Positions 9,088 to 19,600 of a stretch of DNA of 59,232 bases are shown here, piece after piece. Below the pieces are notes generated by a model. The model ran no database searches and was not told the DNA's origin. It worked only from the letters and a program-made list of their open reading frames with translations. Source of the DNA: Candidatus Omnitrophota bacterium (GTDB lineage: Bacteria > Omnitrophota > Gorgyraeia > Zapsychrales > Fredricksoniimonadaceae); the NCBI GenBank assembly GCA_002753465.1, contig PEAF01000006.1, forward strand, positions 1 through 59,232, read 5' to 3'. How positions within the stretch are numbered: position 1 is the first letter of the stretch; each line of letters begins with the position of its first letter. The position numbers were made by a program, and so were the translations under genes.

Positions 9088-10359
9088 ATGCTGATACGAA
9101 AACGCTCTGCCCAGTCAGTTTTGGAATATGCGGTGATGGCTGCCGTCGTCGCTGCTGCCGTTATCTTCGGCGGGCCCGTCCTTATCCGCTCCATCAATGC
9201 GCATTTTAAGATCATGGATAATAACGCGACGGATGCCATGCAGGAGCATATCAGGCAGTCCGGACCTTTGGCGACGACAACAAACTGTTCATGCTCCCCG
9301 GATAATGATAATCCTACGGTATGGTCACCCGGTAATTGCGGTATCGGCGGATGCACCAAGTTACAGCGCTATCGTTATCGCCAGTGCACCCCGTTGCTGT
9401 GCCGCAAGGAGGGGGCTTGCGTTGAGGAACCCTCTTGTTGTGATGAGGTTACTCTTTTAGATTGCGGCACCACACTTCCGGGTAATTGCACCACGCGATC
9501 AGCCATACATCCTTCTTTTACAGGCAAGGTCGATTTCGGGACTTGCGCGGGAACAAATGATTGCGCGATCGGTGAGAAGATTGCCAAAGTAACATGCGGT
9601 GCCGTTGGCGGTACGACAGCGGATTTTTATGCCTGCAAGAATGAGCACCCGGCGTGCTACCCGGATTGTGTGGCGAGATATGGTGAGGATAACTCAACGC
9701 AATGCACGGCTTTTGCCCGCAGCGACCTGTACCGTGAAGTGGCTCACCGTTTGTCGAGTACCGATACGCCGGTACGAGGTCAGTCTTTTTATACCGCGGC
9801 GGAGAATCCTAACGGCGTGGGAGCTTATAAGCTGGATATGGCTTTCGTCCACGGGGTCGGTTCCTGTGATACGGCTACCCCCAGATATTGCGAGAATTAT
9901 TGCACCAATTGTCGTATCCCGAATTCGTCGGGTACAAGCTGTGTGGTATGGTCTTGCAATCCTAATCCTCCTATACCGCTGACGGTGGCTAGGAACGCGC
10001 CTGTCAGTACTACGGTTGACCCGGGAGATGCGAGTATAGGGACTTTTAAGGTAACGGCGTATGCGGATGACCTCGATCTGGGGGTTGCGTGTTTCAATGC
10101 AGACGGGACCATCAATCAGCAGGCCGGCAACAGGCATCTGGGTTCATGTCCCGGCGATGCGTCCATTTTGCCCGTATCGGTCAAAGGGGTGACATGGTGT
10201 TACAGCGCTCGCATGATGAGTTTGGGCACGCATGCACAGGTCTCTTGTATAGGTAATTACGCCTATGTTCAGTTTTGGGCAGGCCCCGGTATTCCGGCAG
10301 ATGGGTGGAACCCAACGCCCACCATCGGATATCAGGCTTGCCGCTTGCCTTCATCCTAA
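9088..10359 (+). CDS. Cysteine-rich protein with an Flp/type IVb-pilin-like N-terminal segment
   Basis: AAGGAGA Shine-Dalgarno. The N-terminus is MLIRKRSAQSVLEYAVMAAVVAAAVIFGG (basic head, EY, hydrophobic helix). The remaining ~370 aa contain about 29 Cys by my count. Confidence 0.7.
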   Translation: MLIRKRSAQSVLEYAVMAAVVAAAVIFGGPVLIRSINAHFKIMDNNATDAMQEHIRQSGPLATTTNCSCSPDNDNPTVWSPGNCGIGGCTKLQRYRYRQCTPLLCRKEGACVEEPSCCDEVTLLDCGTTLPGNCTTRSAIHPSFTGKVDFGTCAGTNDCAIGEKIAKVTCGAVGGTTADFYACKNEHPACYPDCVARYGEDNSTQCTAFARSDLYREVAHRLSSTDTPVRGQSFYTAAENPNGVGAYKLDMAFVHGVGSCDTATPRYCENYCTNCRIPNSSGTSCVVWSCNPNPPIPLTVARNAPVSTTVDPGDASIGTFKVTAYADDLDLGVACFNADGTINQQAGNRHLGSCPGDASILPVSVKGVTWCYSARMMSLGTHAQVSCIGNYAYVQFWAGPGIPADGWNPTPTIGYQACRLPSS

Positions 10360-10391
10360 GAGGCCTTGCGAATAAAAATATCTTTTAAAAG

Positions 10392-10424
10392 TCCCTGGCT
10401 TGTCTGGCCGGGGATTTTTATTTT
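10392..10424. terminator. Hairpin plus T-tract between convergent genes (terminator candidate)
   Basis: TCCCTGGC (10392-10399) pairs with GCCGGGGA (10407-14), including one G-U pair, and is followed by TTTTTATTTT. It sits between the 10359 stop (+) and the thiF stop (-). Confidence 0.5.
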
Positions 10425-11025
10425 AGGGGCAGGATAGCTGTAAGATGATATTCGCCATTTTGGCGGCGCATTCCATGACGCGAGGGGCGAGGGGCGGGTG
10501 CCCGTCTTCGATGCCCGTCGCTGCATCTCCGATGAAGTAAATATTGCCAACCCGGCGCGTGGTCAGTGCGGTGGTAGTCTTGAAGCCTGCCATGCCGTTG
10601 CCGCTGACAATGTAGGGTGCGCGGTCATGATAGAAGTCTACGAAGCGAGTTTTCCATTCAGCTTTATCGAAAGCTTCAACGATCATTGCGCAACCCTGAA
10701 ACAGTTCCTGGGGGGCCGTCTCATCCCATGACTGATGATGAGTTATAATGAGGGCATCCGGATTGACGGATAGCATGCGTTTTTTTAAAGCCGCGACCTT
10801 GGGTAGGCCGATGTCCGCCAGGGTGTAGTCCTGACGGTTGAGGTTTGACGCCTCGACCGTGTCTTTGTCAATGATCTCAAAGTTCGAGAACCCTGTGCGC
10901 GTCAGGATCATGGCCACATTGGACCCGAGGCCCCCCGCGCCGCCGATACCGATCTTCTTTGATTGGATTAAGGCCAGTTGTGCTGGTGTTAAATAGCGCA
11001 GCAGTGCGTTTGTGAAAGAATTCAT
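10423..11025 (-). CDS. thiF: ThiF-type sulfur-carrier adenylyltransferase
   Basis: Rossmann motif IGIGGAGGLGSNV and ASNLNRQ. It is the last gene of the thiS-thiG-thiH cluster and overlaps thiH by 4 nt. Confidence 0.8.
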   Translation of the reverse strand: MNSFTNALLRYLTPAQLALIQSKKIGIGGAGGLGSNVAMILTRTGFSNFEIIDKDTVEASNLNRQDYTLADIGLPKVAALKKRMLSVNPDALIITHHQSWDETAPQELFQGCAMIVEAFDKAEWKTRFVDFYHDRAPYIVSGNGMAGFKTTTALTTRRVGNIYFIGDAATGIEDGHPPLAPRVMECAAKMANIILQLSCP

Positions 11026-12026
11026 GTGTTTTCTATCCGTCGCCAGTCTGTAAAAACAGGGTCGAGGTTGTGGTCTTTAAGGTATTGTATCATTTCAGGC
11101 GTGCTGCGTTCATCGGCCACATCGAATTGAGGGTCATTGACAGCTTCCGGGTCATGGTATCCGCCTACCCCTGTTTTGGACCCTACAGAAATACGGGTCA
11201 CGCATAATTCCAGAAGGCGATTGCGCAGGGCGGCTGTTTCACGGGTGGAAAGGTTGATGCCCACACGCGGGAACAGTGTGCGCGTCAGGCACAGGATCTT
11301 GACGAACGTGGCGTCATCAACGGTCGATACGGCAAAGGCCTGGGCTTTAATGGTGCGCAGGCGCGGGAATGAAATGCTGTATTCTGCGCCAGGGAATTTA
11401 TTTTCTAACGTGCGCAAGTGAGTGTAGAGGCTATTAAGATCTTCCTCCAGAGGTCCCAGCCCCAGGAGTGCGCCGATCGAGATCTGGCGCATGCCGGCCG
11501 CACCTATACGCTCGGGAGCTTCATAACGGAACGTGTAATCTTTTTTCTGCCCGGCTAAATGCACCTGGGCGTAACGGGCGCGGTCATAGGTTTCCTGATA
11601 AATGGTCACGCCGTCGGCACCAGCCTGGTAAAGGGCGCGGTATTCGTCAGTTGTCATCGGATAAATTTCGAGGCTGATCCCCTGGAAGAATTCTTTGGCG
11701 CATTTGACAGCATCGATCAGGTAATTGAGGGGTGTCGCCTGCGGCGATTCACCGGTTAATAGGAGGATATTTTGCACGCCGCTAGCCGCAATGGCTTTCA
11801 TTTCAGACCTGATCTCTTCCGGCGCAAGTTTGATGCGGCGTATCTTGTGCTGGCTGTGGAATCCGCAATAGGTGCAGTGGCTGGCGCAATAATTTGATAA
11901 ATAGAGCGGCGTGTAAAGGCCAATGGCACGGCCAAAATACTGGCGCGTCAGCTGCTGTGCTTGCCGGGCAAGTGCTTCCAGGTGTGCGGGGTTGGTATCG
12001 TTGAGGATTTTATTAATATTGTTCAT
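11022..12026 (-). CDS. thiH: 2-iminoacetate synthase ThiH (radical SAM)
   Basis: YLSNYCASHCTYCGF radical-SAM cluster motif, in thi cluster context. Confidence 0.85.
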   Translation of the reverse strand: MNNINKILNDTNPAHLEALARQAQQLTRQYFGRAIGLYTPLYLSNYCASHCTYCGFHSQHKIRRIKLAPEEIRSEMKAIAASGVQNILLLTGESPQATPLNYLIDAVKCAKEFFQGISLEIYPMTTDEYRALYQAGADGVTIYQETYDRARYAQVHLAGQKKDYTFRYEAPERIGAAGMRQISIGALLGLGPLEEDLNSLYTHLRTLENKFPGAEYSISFPRLRTIKAQAFAVSTVDDATFVKILCLTRTLFPRVGINLSTRETAALRNRLLELCVTRISVGSKTGVGGYHDPEAVNDPQFDVADERSTPEMIQYLKDHNLDPVFTDWRRIENT

Positions 12027-12056
12027 AATGAATTGCCAAGGCTGCTGGCATCTGGG

Positions 12057-12337
12057 ATATCATTCGCTCACCTCGGCCGTTATGCGTGAATCAAATATCG
12101 CTTAAATTCCCTTCGGCATACTTTGTGGCTCAGACAGTGGAAACAGCTTTTTCAGAAAAAGACATTGTTGAAAGCTTGGTTTCCAAACTCGCCACGGCAG
12201 TATGCCTTCGGTCATTAGCGATATTTGCTAGGCCGTAATAGCTGTGGCGTTAGGACCGTGAGGGATGTCATGAAGCGAACGTTGAGGCCATCTTACCGTT
12301 ATTATTAGAAAAAGATGGCCGAGGTGAGCGAATGACA
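12057..12337. repeat. Family-A hairpin element, copy 1, nested in a larger 281-nt hairpin that fills the thiG-thiH spacer
   Basis: Perfect 19-bp inverted repeat 12060-12078 / 12317-12335. Inner 11-bp stem 12092-12102 / 12217-12227. Invariant core blocks at 12128-12152 and 12170-12192. Confidence 0.6.
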
Positions 12338-12360
12338 TTCCTCATGGTCCAGCCACAGTA

Positions 12361-13137
12361 TCAATCGTTTGAAAATAAAAACCCAGTCAAGGGTGACGAT
12401 GCGTCGCCTGTTGTTTTCTGCATCGGTAATCCGCTTAAATATCCGGCGCGACCGGCTTCAACCGCTTGCGCGAAGGCTTTGGCGATCAAGGACGGGTTGT
12501 CCGCGATAGCGACCGCGGTATTCACCAAAACGGCGTCTGCCCCCATTTCCATGGCTGCACAGGCCTGCGATGGTGCACCGATGCCGGCATCCACAATAAT
12601 AGGAATGTCGATCTCATCGATCAGCACCTGGATCATGTCTTTCGTGCGCAATCCCTGGTTTGAGCCAATGAATGATCCCAGCGGCATGACCGCGGCGGCG
12701 CCAGCTTCGACCAGGCGGCGGGCTACGTAAAGATCCGGTGTGACATACGGTAGAACAATAAAACCTTCCGCGACCAATATTTTAGTGGCCGCGATGGTGG
12801 CCTCATTGTCCGGCAAAAGATATTTTGAGTCATTGATCACTTCGATCTTGATCCAATTGCCCTGGCCGGATGCTTTGGCCAGCCGGGCGAGGCGCACGGC
12901 TTCTTCAGCGGTCCTGGCGCCGGATGTGTTGGTCAGCAGGGTTATGCCTTCGGGGATGTATTCCAGGATATTCTCTGGCGTACGTTCCAAGTCAATGCGG
13001 CGCAGGGCGACCGTTACGATCTGTGTCCCGGAAGCAATGATGCTGGACTTAAGTTCAGCCTTATTTCTGAATTTTCCGGTACCTAATAAAAAACGTGAGG
13101 TGAATGTTTTTCCACCCAGAGAGAACATATCATCCAT
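12361..13137 (-). CDS. thiG: Thiazole synthase ThiG
   Basis: Full-length ThiG-like sequence ([32 protein letters not shown]). Confidence 0.95.
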   Translation of the reverse strand: MDDMFSLGGKTFTSRFLLGTGKFRNKAELKSSIIASGTQIVTVALRRIDLERTPENILEYIPEGITLLTNTSGARTAEEAVRLARLAKASGQGNWIKIEVINDSKYLLPDNEATIAATKILVAEGFIVLPYVTPDLYVARRLVEAGAAAVMPLGSFIGSNQGLRTKDMIQVLIDEIDIPIIVDAGIGAPSQACAAMEMGADAVLVNTAVAIADNPSLIAKAFAQAVEAGRAGYLSGLPMQKTTGDASSPLTGFLFSND

Positions 13138-13139
13138 GA

Positions 13140-13340
13140 TCAGCCGCCTCCTACAAATGATATAAGTTCAATCCTGTCATGGGTTTTAAGCTGTGTTGAG
13201 ACCCATTCTTTGCGGTCCAGGATCGCACCATTGAGTTCACAAATGACAAGTTCAGGCTTCTTGCAGGAAGTGTTGATCAGGCTTTCGGCAGAAATAGGTG
13301 CCAGGAATGTTTTAGTTTGTCCGTTGACAGTGATTTCCAT
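13140..13340 (-). CDS. thiS: Sulfur carrier protein ThiS
   Basis: 66 aa, ends in GG, and lies immediately upstream of thiG. Confidence 0.85.
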   Translation of the reverse strand: MEITVNGQTKTFLAPISAESLINTSCKKPELVICELNGAILDRKEWVSTQLKTHDRIELISFVGGG

Positions 13341-13395
13341 ATGGGGGACATATTAGAATAGGGTGGGTTAAAAAGCAAGTCTTCCCTGCGTCATA

Positions 13396-13546
13396 AATGT
13401 TTCGCCAAGCTATAACCCTTGTTCATGCCCTGTGGCTCAGACAGTCCTCGCGCATCCGTTTTTGAGGGATGTTGAATGAGGGTTGAAAACGGATGGCTGC
13501 GGAACTCGCCCTTAGGGCATGAACGGCGGGTTGCTTGGCGAACATT
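13396..13546. repeat. Family-B hairpin element (related to family A through the GCTCAGACAGT / AACTCGCC loops)
   Basis: Outer stems AATGTTTCGCCAAGC / GCTTGGCGAACATT and GTTCATGCCCT (13421-13431) / AGGGCATGAAC (13514-13524). Loop motifs at 13435-13445 and 13503-13510. Inner helix CATCCGTTTT (13453-13462) / AAAACGGATG (13486-13495). Confidence 0.55.
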
Positions 13547-13608
13547 AGAGATGCACTTGCTCTGGGGCAGATTGGCATCAACCTTATATATATGATATCT
13601 TTTATACT

Positions 13609-16600
13609 ATGGTGGTATTTCGGTTATCGGTAAAACGGCTGGTTTCAGTTTGGGTCCTGTGTGCTTTTATGTTCACACAGGCCATGCCTGGCTATGCGCA
13701 AGGCATTCCGACGGCGGCTGCGGTGGCTGGGTTCACTCCGGTACAGTTGACCGGCATAGTTATCGACCCCAAAGACCCCTTTCATTTCGATTTCATCATT
13801 GATCGCGGACAGGATCAGTTGCCCGACGCGGCCAGGAAAGATATTTATACCAGTCAGGTCAAATATTTCCTTGCCGCCCTGGCCATTCCCGATAAGGACC
13901 AGTGGGTCAACCTTTCACCGTACGAACAAGACCGCATCATCCCGGATAATTTCGGGCTGACCTTGATGGGGCGGGACCTTCTCAGCCAGGATTATCTCTT
14001 AAAACAGATCGCTTCAAAAATGACCAGCCCCCAAACGTCTTTGGGCAAGGATTTCTGGGATAAGGTTTACGCCGCGGCACACGAAAAATTCGGCACAACA
14101 GATATTCCAACGGATGTGTTCAACAAGGTATGGATCATTCCTGAAAGCGCGGTGCTTTACGAGAAAGATGGGGCTGTTTATGTCCAGGAGCATCATCTGA
14201 AAGTTCTACTTGATAGCGATTACCTGGCATTGAACAAGTCGCGTGTAGCTGCGGGCACGTCTTCTGCTGCTCAGGAAATGATCAAAGATGTTATGCGCGA
14301 AGTGGTCATACCTGTTCTTGAGAAAGAGGTGAATGAGGGCAGGGATTTTGCACCGTTGCGCCAGGTCTACAGCGGGATGTTATTGGCGGTGTGGTACAAG
14401 CGCACACTTCAGGGATCTCTTCTTAATCAGGTTTATACCGACCGCGCCAGGGTCAGGGGCATCGACCAGGACCCTCAGGCAAACAAGGAAATATACGCGC
14501 GTTATGTCGAGGCTTTCCGTCAGGGGGCATTTAATCTGATCAAGGAGGATGTGGATCAGTTCACGCGTGAAGTTATTCCCCGGCGTTATTTCTCGGGTGG
14601 TTTGATGAATGCCGATGCGGCCATGTTCGAAGCGGGCAAGGTTCAGCACGTGCCTCGGTTGGCCGCAGATGCCTTAAGGAATCAGGAGGCGGTCTCTGTT
14701 CGTCTTGTTGAGCCGGGGAAAAATGTCAAAGTGTTCCAGGCTACGGCCCGCGGTATGCTGGCTAAGGCTGTCGGTGACCTGGCCCCCGGAGATCCCTGGG
14801 GCTCGGCGCGCATGTTGTTGGATCAGGTGAAGCTGGATATGCCGGCGGAGATCCTTGCCTATCAGCAAGAGATGTCCGGAGATGCCGTGCCGGCCAAGTG
14901 GGCGAGTTTGCTGGCGGGATATCAGGAAAAGGGGCAGAAAAAGAAGTTGGTGTTGAAAAAGATCGGCGAAAAGGCCGGGATAGTGGGCAACACGCTTTAT
15001 TATCCGTTTGCGGGTGGGGATACGGATGAGCCGTTTTCCATGTCAGCGAATATCAGGCATGTTATGGCGATGGGGCAGGAGCCTTTCGGATCTGTCGCGC
15101 AGATCAAGGAATTCTTTATGAAGGTAGGTTATGCGGACCGGTTCGGGGACCGTAACCGTGATGGTTATGATCATGGCGACCGTTTGTCTAAGCTGAATGC
15201 TGTGGCCGGGTTGGCCATGGCCAGGATCATTGTCACGCTGAAGGCCCGTGTTGTCGGTATCAAATATTTTGATATTGAGCAGAACGGGGATGTTCGGTTC
15301 AAGGACCTTGTCCAGGGCGATGTGCCGTCAGCAAAGAATGCGGTGATCGTTTTTCAGGACCGTGACGGGCAGATCAAAACCTTCTGGTATTGTCAGTACA
15401 ATGTGACCATGTTCGCGAAAGACATTGTGCGGCCTGATCCTTTTCGCCGCATGGTCAATCGGATGAAGTTTCAGACTTTGCTGATCAAGGCGGCACAAAG
15501 TTTTCTTTTCGAGGGTATTATCGGGTTGAATACGGCGGTGGTTGTCGGAGAGCCTGCCCGGCGCAACGATGCTTTGGTGCTGACCGACAGCCGGTTGGAC
15601 CATAAAATGGAACCTATCGCTTTTCGAGATATCCCGCAGCCTGTTTTTTCTGTTAAGCCATCATCGATTTCATGGCTGGGCTGGTCGCGCGTGGGTTATG
15701 GCGGCAGCGTTTATTACGGCCGTGCCCGCGCCATCCTGGCGGATGTCTGGAATGCGCCCCTGCAAGTCTGGAAAGCGCGCCCGTATGTGCCGGATATCGT
15801 CATAGACAATGTTGATGACGTTAAATATGAACCGTCCAAGTTGATGGATGGCGTGCTGTTCACGGAGTTAAAGGATCGTCATTACGAGGTTAAGTCGGAT
15901 GCTGTCAGGATCAATACGGAAGATGGCAATGAGATCGAGATAGTCCGGCAGGGCGCTGTAAGGTGGACCATGAGGAATGTGGTTGATATCGAGGTATCAC
16001 CGCGTGATAAGGTGGCCAGGATCTATTACGATGAGAATAATGAATGGCGCGAAGCACGGCTGGACCTTAATACAGGAGCGTTTACGTCGCAAAGTTTGTG
16101 GGATTCTTTAGCGCAGGTTGATATGGCTCAAACGCGGGAGCGAACCGCCGGAGATCCGTTGCAAAGAGCGCGGGAGTTTTTGAAGGCGCAGCGGTTGGAT
16201 ATGCCCCGCGAGCTTGAAAAATGGCAGGCCATGCTTCGTCAGGCGCCGGCAGATTCTGTTTTAGGTAAGGAGTTGGCCGTTCTGCGCCGAGAGAATGAGG
16301 TGAAGACGGATGCTCTTGTTGAGGCGGGGCAGGAGATCAATGGCCAGATAAAGGCAGGGGGTGTTCTGCCGAATGATTTAACGGGCGAGGTCGGATATTA
16401 TCCTTTTGGTGGAAGTGATTTTGATGAGCCGGCGCGCCTGGCCGGGCAGTGGAAGGATCTGATCGTCATGGGGCAGGAGCCCTTCGGCAGTCGCGGCATT
16501 ATCAACCTTTTCTTTGTTAAAGGTAACCGCATTGTCAATACGCCTGGCCGTGGGTTTAATGTAAATGATGTGCGGGAACAATTTGGATTCAAGAAGAAGA

Positions 16601-19600
16601 GTTTTGATGAGCACGAAAACCTTAAGAAATTGAAGTATGTCGGTGTGAGGGCGCTGGGCCGCATCATAACTTATCTTGAGGGCGAGGTTGTTGGGATCAA
16701 GTATTTTGATCTTGACCGTGAGGGTAATGTTAATTTTGTCGAGTCAGGCTCTTCACAGGCGAGGACTAATGCTGTTGTTGTGTTCAAGGATAAAGATGGT
16801 CAGGAGCGCCGGTGTTGGTATTTTCAGCATAGCCTTGAAGCCAGGGTGAGCGCTATTTCCGAGCAGGTGCCTTTCAGGGCTTTTATCAACCGGGCTTCTT
16901 TTCAGTTTATGATCATCAAGGCCGCGCAGAGTGATCTGTTCGAGGGGATTTTAGGTTTGAATACGTATACGGTTGTTGGCCGTCCTGCGAAAAGAAATAA
17001 TGCCCTTGTTCTGGCGGATCAGCGTACGGCGCATCCGACATACGGCCGGGATTATGGCATCGTGGTCGATCAACAGCCTGTGTTTAAAGATGTGCCGCGC
17101 AAATATGTTTTCGGGGGCGTGCCATACGGGTATGGGTACAAGCTCTTTTATGCGCCGGTGTCTGCATTGGCAACGCCATTTACAGCTCCTTCTGATGTTG
17201 TCGGGTACGCTCCTTATGCCCCGGATATTAAAATGGAATACGCGGGCAGTGTCGATGAAAATGCGCCGCGGGTCTTGCAAGGCGTTACCATTTCGCGCGA
17301 CGGGGACTATTATTCCATTAGAAAAGGAAATGTGCGGCTGGAGACAAAGCCGAGGAATACGCTGGTCTATGCCGTTGACGGCAAAGAGGTTGTTTTAAGC
17401 GGTGTTTCCGATGTTCATGTATATATGAGCAAGTCTTTGGTCCTTGTTTATTATTTTGCGGATGGGGCCTGGCGTGAAGGGCAGCTTTCATTACTGGACG
17501 GGGTTTTTAAAACAAAGATGCTTCAGGCGGCCCGCATTGCGGCCGGAGAAGACGCGGCGCAGGCTGACGATGTGCCATCGCGGCAGGCCTGGGACCCTTT
17601 AAAAAGGGCGCAGGAGGCGTTAAAGGAACAGTCATTGACGATGTCTGCGGGATTATCGCAGTGGCAGGCTATCGTCCGCGACCCTGCAGGCCCTTTGGCG
17701 TCAACGATCCGTCAGATCAGAAAAGACAACAGGGTTTATGCCGCGAAGCTGCATCAGGCCGGGCATAAGATGCACATGCCCGATGGCGTTATCTATTATC
17801 CGTTCGGCGGCATGGATGCGGCGGATCCTTTTATGATGTCGGCGGGAATAACAGATGTTGTATCGATGGGGCATGAGGATTTCGGCAGTTTAAAGCAGAT
17901 CGATCAATTCTTCAGGACTGGCCATGCGCGTGCAGTTTCGGATGGCCTGCGTAATCCGGGGGGCTTCATGTTTGATCATTTGGGAGGGCGGGAGGGAAGT
18001 TTTGACTCTGTGGCTAATTATTGGGATCCCAGAAGGGCGAAGGGCTGGAAGGGCTTTGGCCAGACAGCTGTGGCGAGGATACTGACACTTTTGGAGGGGC
18101 GCATTGAGGGTGTTCAGTATTTTGTTCTGGATCCCAAGGGCGACATTCAGTTTGTTGACGCGGGGTCGAAGAAGGCCGGCGTTAACGCGGTAGTTGTCTT
18201 TTACGATAAGAACGGGAACGAGAAGCGTTTCTGGTATATGCGTCATTATGTTGGTTCGCAGATCGTGGATGTGCCCCGGACGCCCTTTGAATTGTTTATC
18301 CGAAAAGCTTCATTCCAGACTTTATTGATCAAGGCAGCCCAAAGTTGGTTGTTCGAAGGAGTGCAGGGGCTGAATGTGCAAGCTATTGTGCATGAGCCTG
18401 CTCGGCGGAACGGGGCGATGGTCATCACCGATATAAATATCCCCGATGATCCCTTTGGGTTTGGGACAGGCGCGCCGCAGCCTGTTTTCGCGCGTGTACC
18501 GCAGAGCCTGGATATGGGCGGCAGGTATCGTTTTGGTTATGGTAAGCACATTTTCTTTGCGCTGGCTGATAAATTGACGCGCCCTCAGGATGATCCCTTT
18601 TATACGATCGGCCGTAGGCTTTATCGTCCTGCTTTTGTAGCTGATGGTGACCGGCAGGTTATCTGGCGCCATTACCATAAGTTCTTTGGTGATGTGGCGG
18701 TGGAGGGGACAGACGAAAGCTTTGTTATTCATGCCGGGACGGTGCAGTTGTCGATCACGGGCGATAACCGCGTTGTGTTCAGAGAGAATAATGAAGTACG
18801 TAAAGCGTGGGCGCTCGTGACCGATGTTCAGCTGGACAGTCGTGGCGAGAGCGTGCTCATTTATTACTTTGATAAAGAGTCAGGATGGCATGAATCGCGC
18901 CTTGATCTTAAGGCCGGGACATGGATGACTAAAGCGCTGGATTTCAAAGGAATGATGCTGGCGGAGGAAGATGCGTTGCGCAATGTGTCTCCTGGCGATG
19001 AGAACGTCGCCGCTGATGTGCCTGGACTGGACGCTGACACGCGCGCACGGCTTGAGGTATTATTTTCAGATTTCTCCAAGCCGCTGGGGGATATGCAACG
19101 TGAGCTGCGTGCTATTTTCCCTCAGGGGGGTATTTCGCTGACCAAAGACGGGTTTCATTTTAACCGGGACAGGATGCCGGCGCCTGACGAGGTGTTGGGC
19201 ATGGCGATGCGGTATTTCCAGGGGTATAACATGGGCAACAGGGTGTTCACCGTGGCTGATTTTAATACAGAAGAGCGGGAGTTGGCCCGGCAGAATATCG
19301 TCAATGATGAAACGCCGTCGGAGATCAGCTCGAAATCTTACCAGGACCTTGAACTGCGGGAGAAGGATCAAATTTTTGAAGCCCTGGCCCGCCGTGTTCA
19401 GTCCGGCCGCATGCTGCATGTGGACCATCATTACGGGTATCATGTCCTGGCCCAGGCCAGCACAGCCGCCATGCTTTTGGATTTTGTCCGGTATCTTCAC
19501 GCGCACGGAAAGCAGGATACGCTCGGGCGCTTGAAAGACACGTTCATTTTTTCGGATCATTCGGATGTTGATATCATGCTCGCTAATTTTGTCCTGCGGC

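Noticed and set aside
12332-12730. Plus-strand 132-aa ORF, and similar long antisense ORFs inside leuS (22168-22818), ychF (38296-38886), secA (40019-40690, 40697-41557, 42023-42598), comEC (27978-28832), MFS (50208-50906), the exonuclease gene (2790-3473) and the giant gene (19066-19749)
   Set aside because: Each is antisense to a gene with unambiguous family motifs. The translations are Arg/His/Pro-rich, as is typical of shadow frames in moderately GC-rich DNA.
13341-13608. Expected TPP (THI-box) riboswitch upstream of thiS
   Set aside because: Read on the thiS-sense strand, I found a CUGAGC and an AGGGAA but not the GGGGUGC ... CUGAGA ... ACCUGAUCUGGAUAAUGCCAGCG core. The region is instead explained by the family-B hairpin. 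A covariance-model search is needed for a definitive negative.
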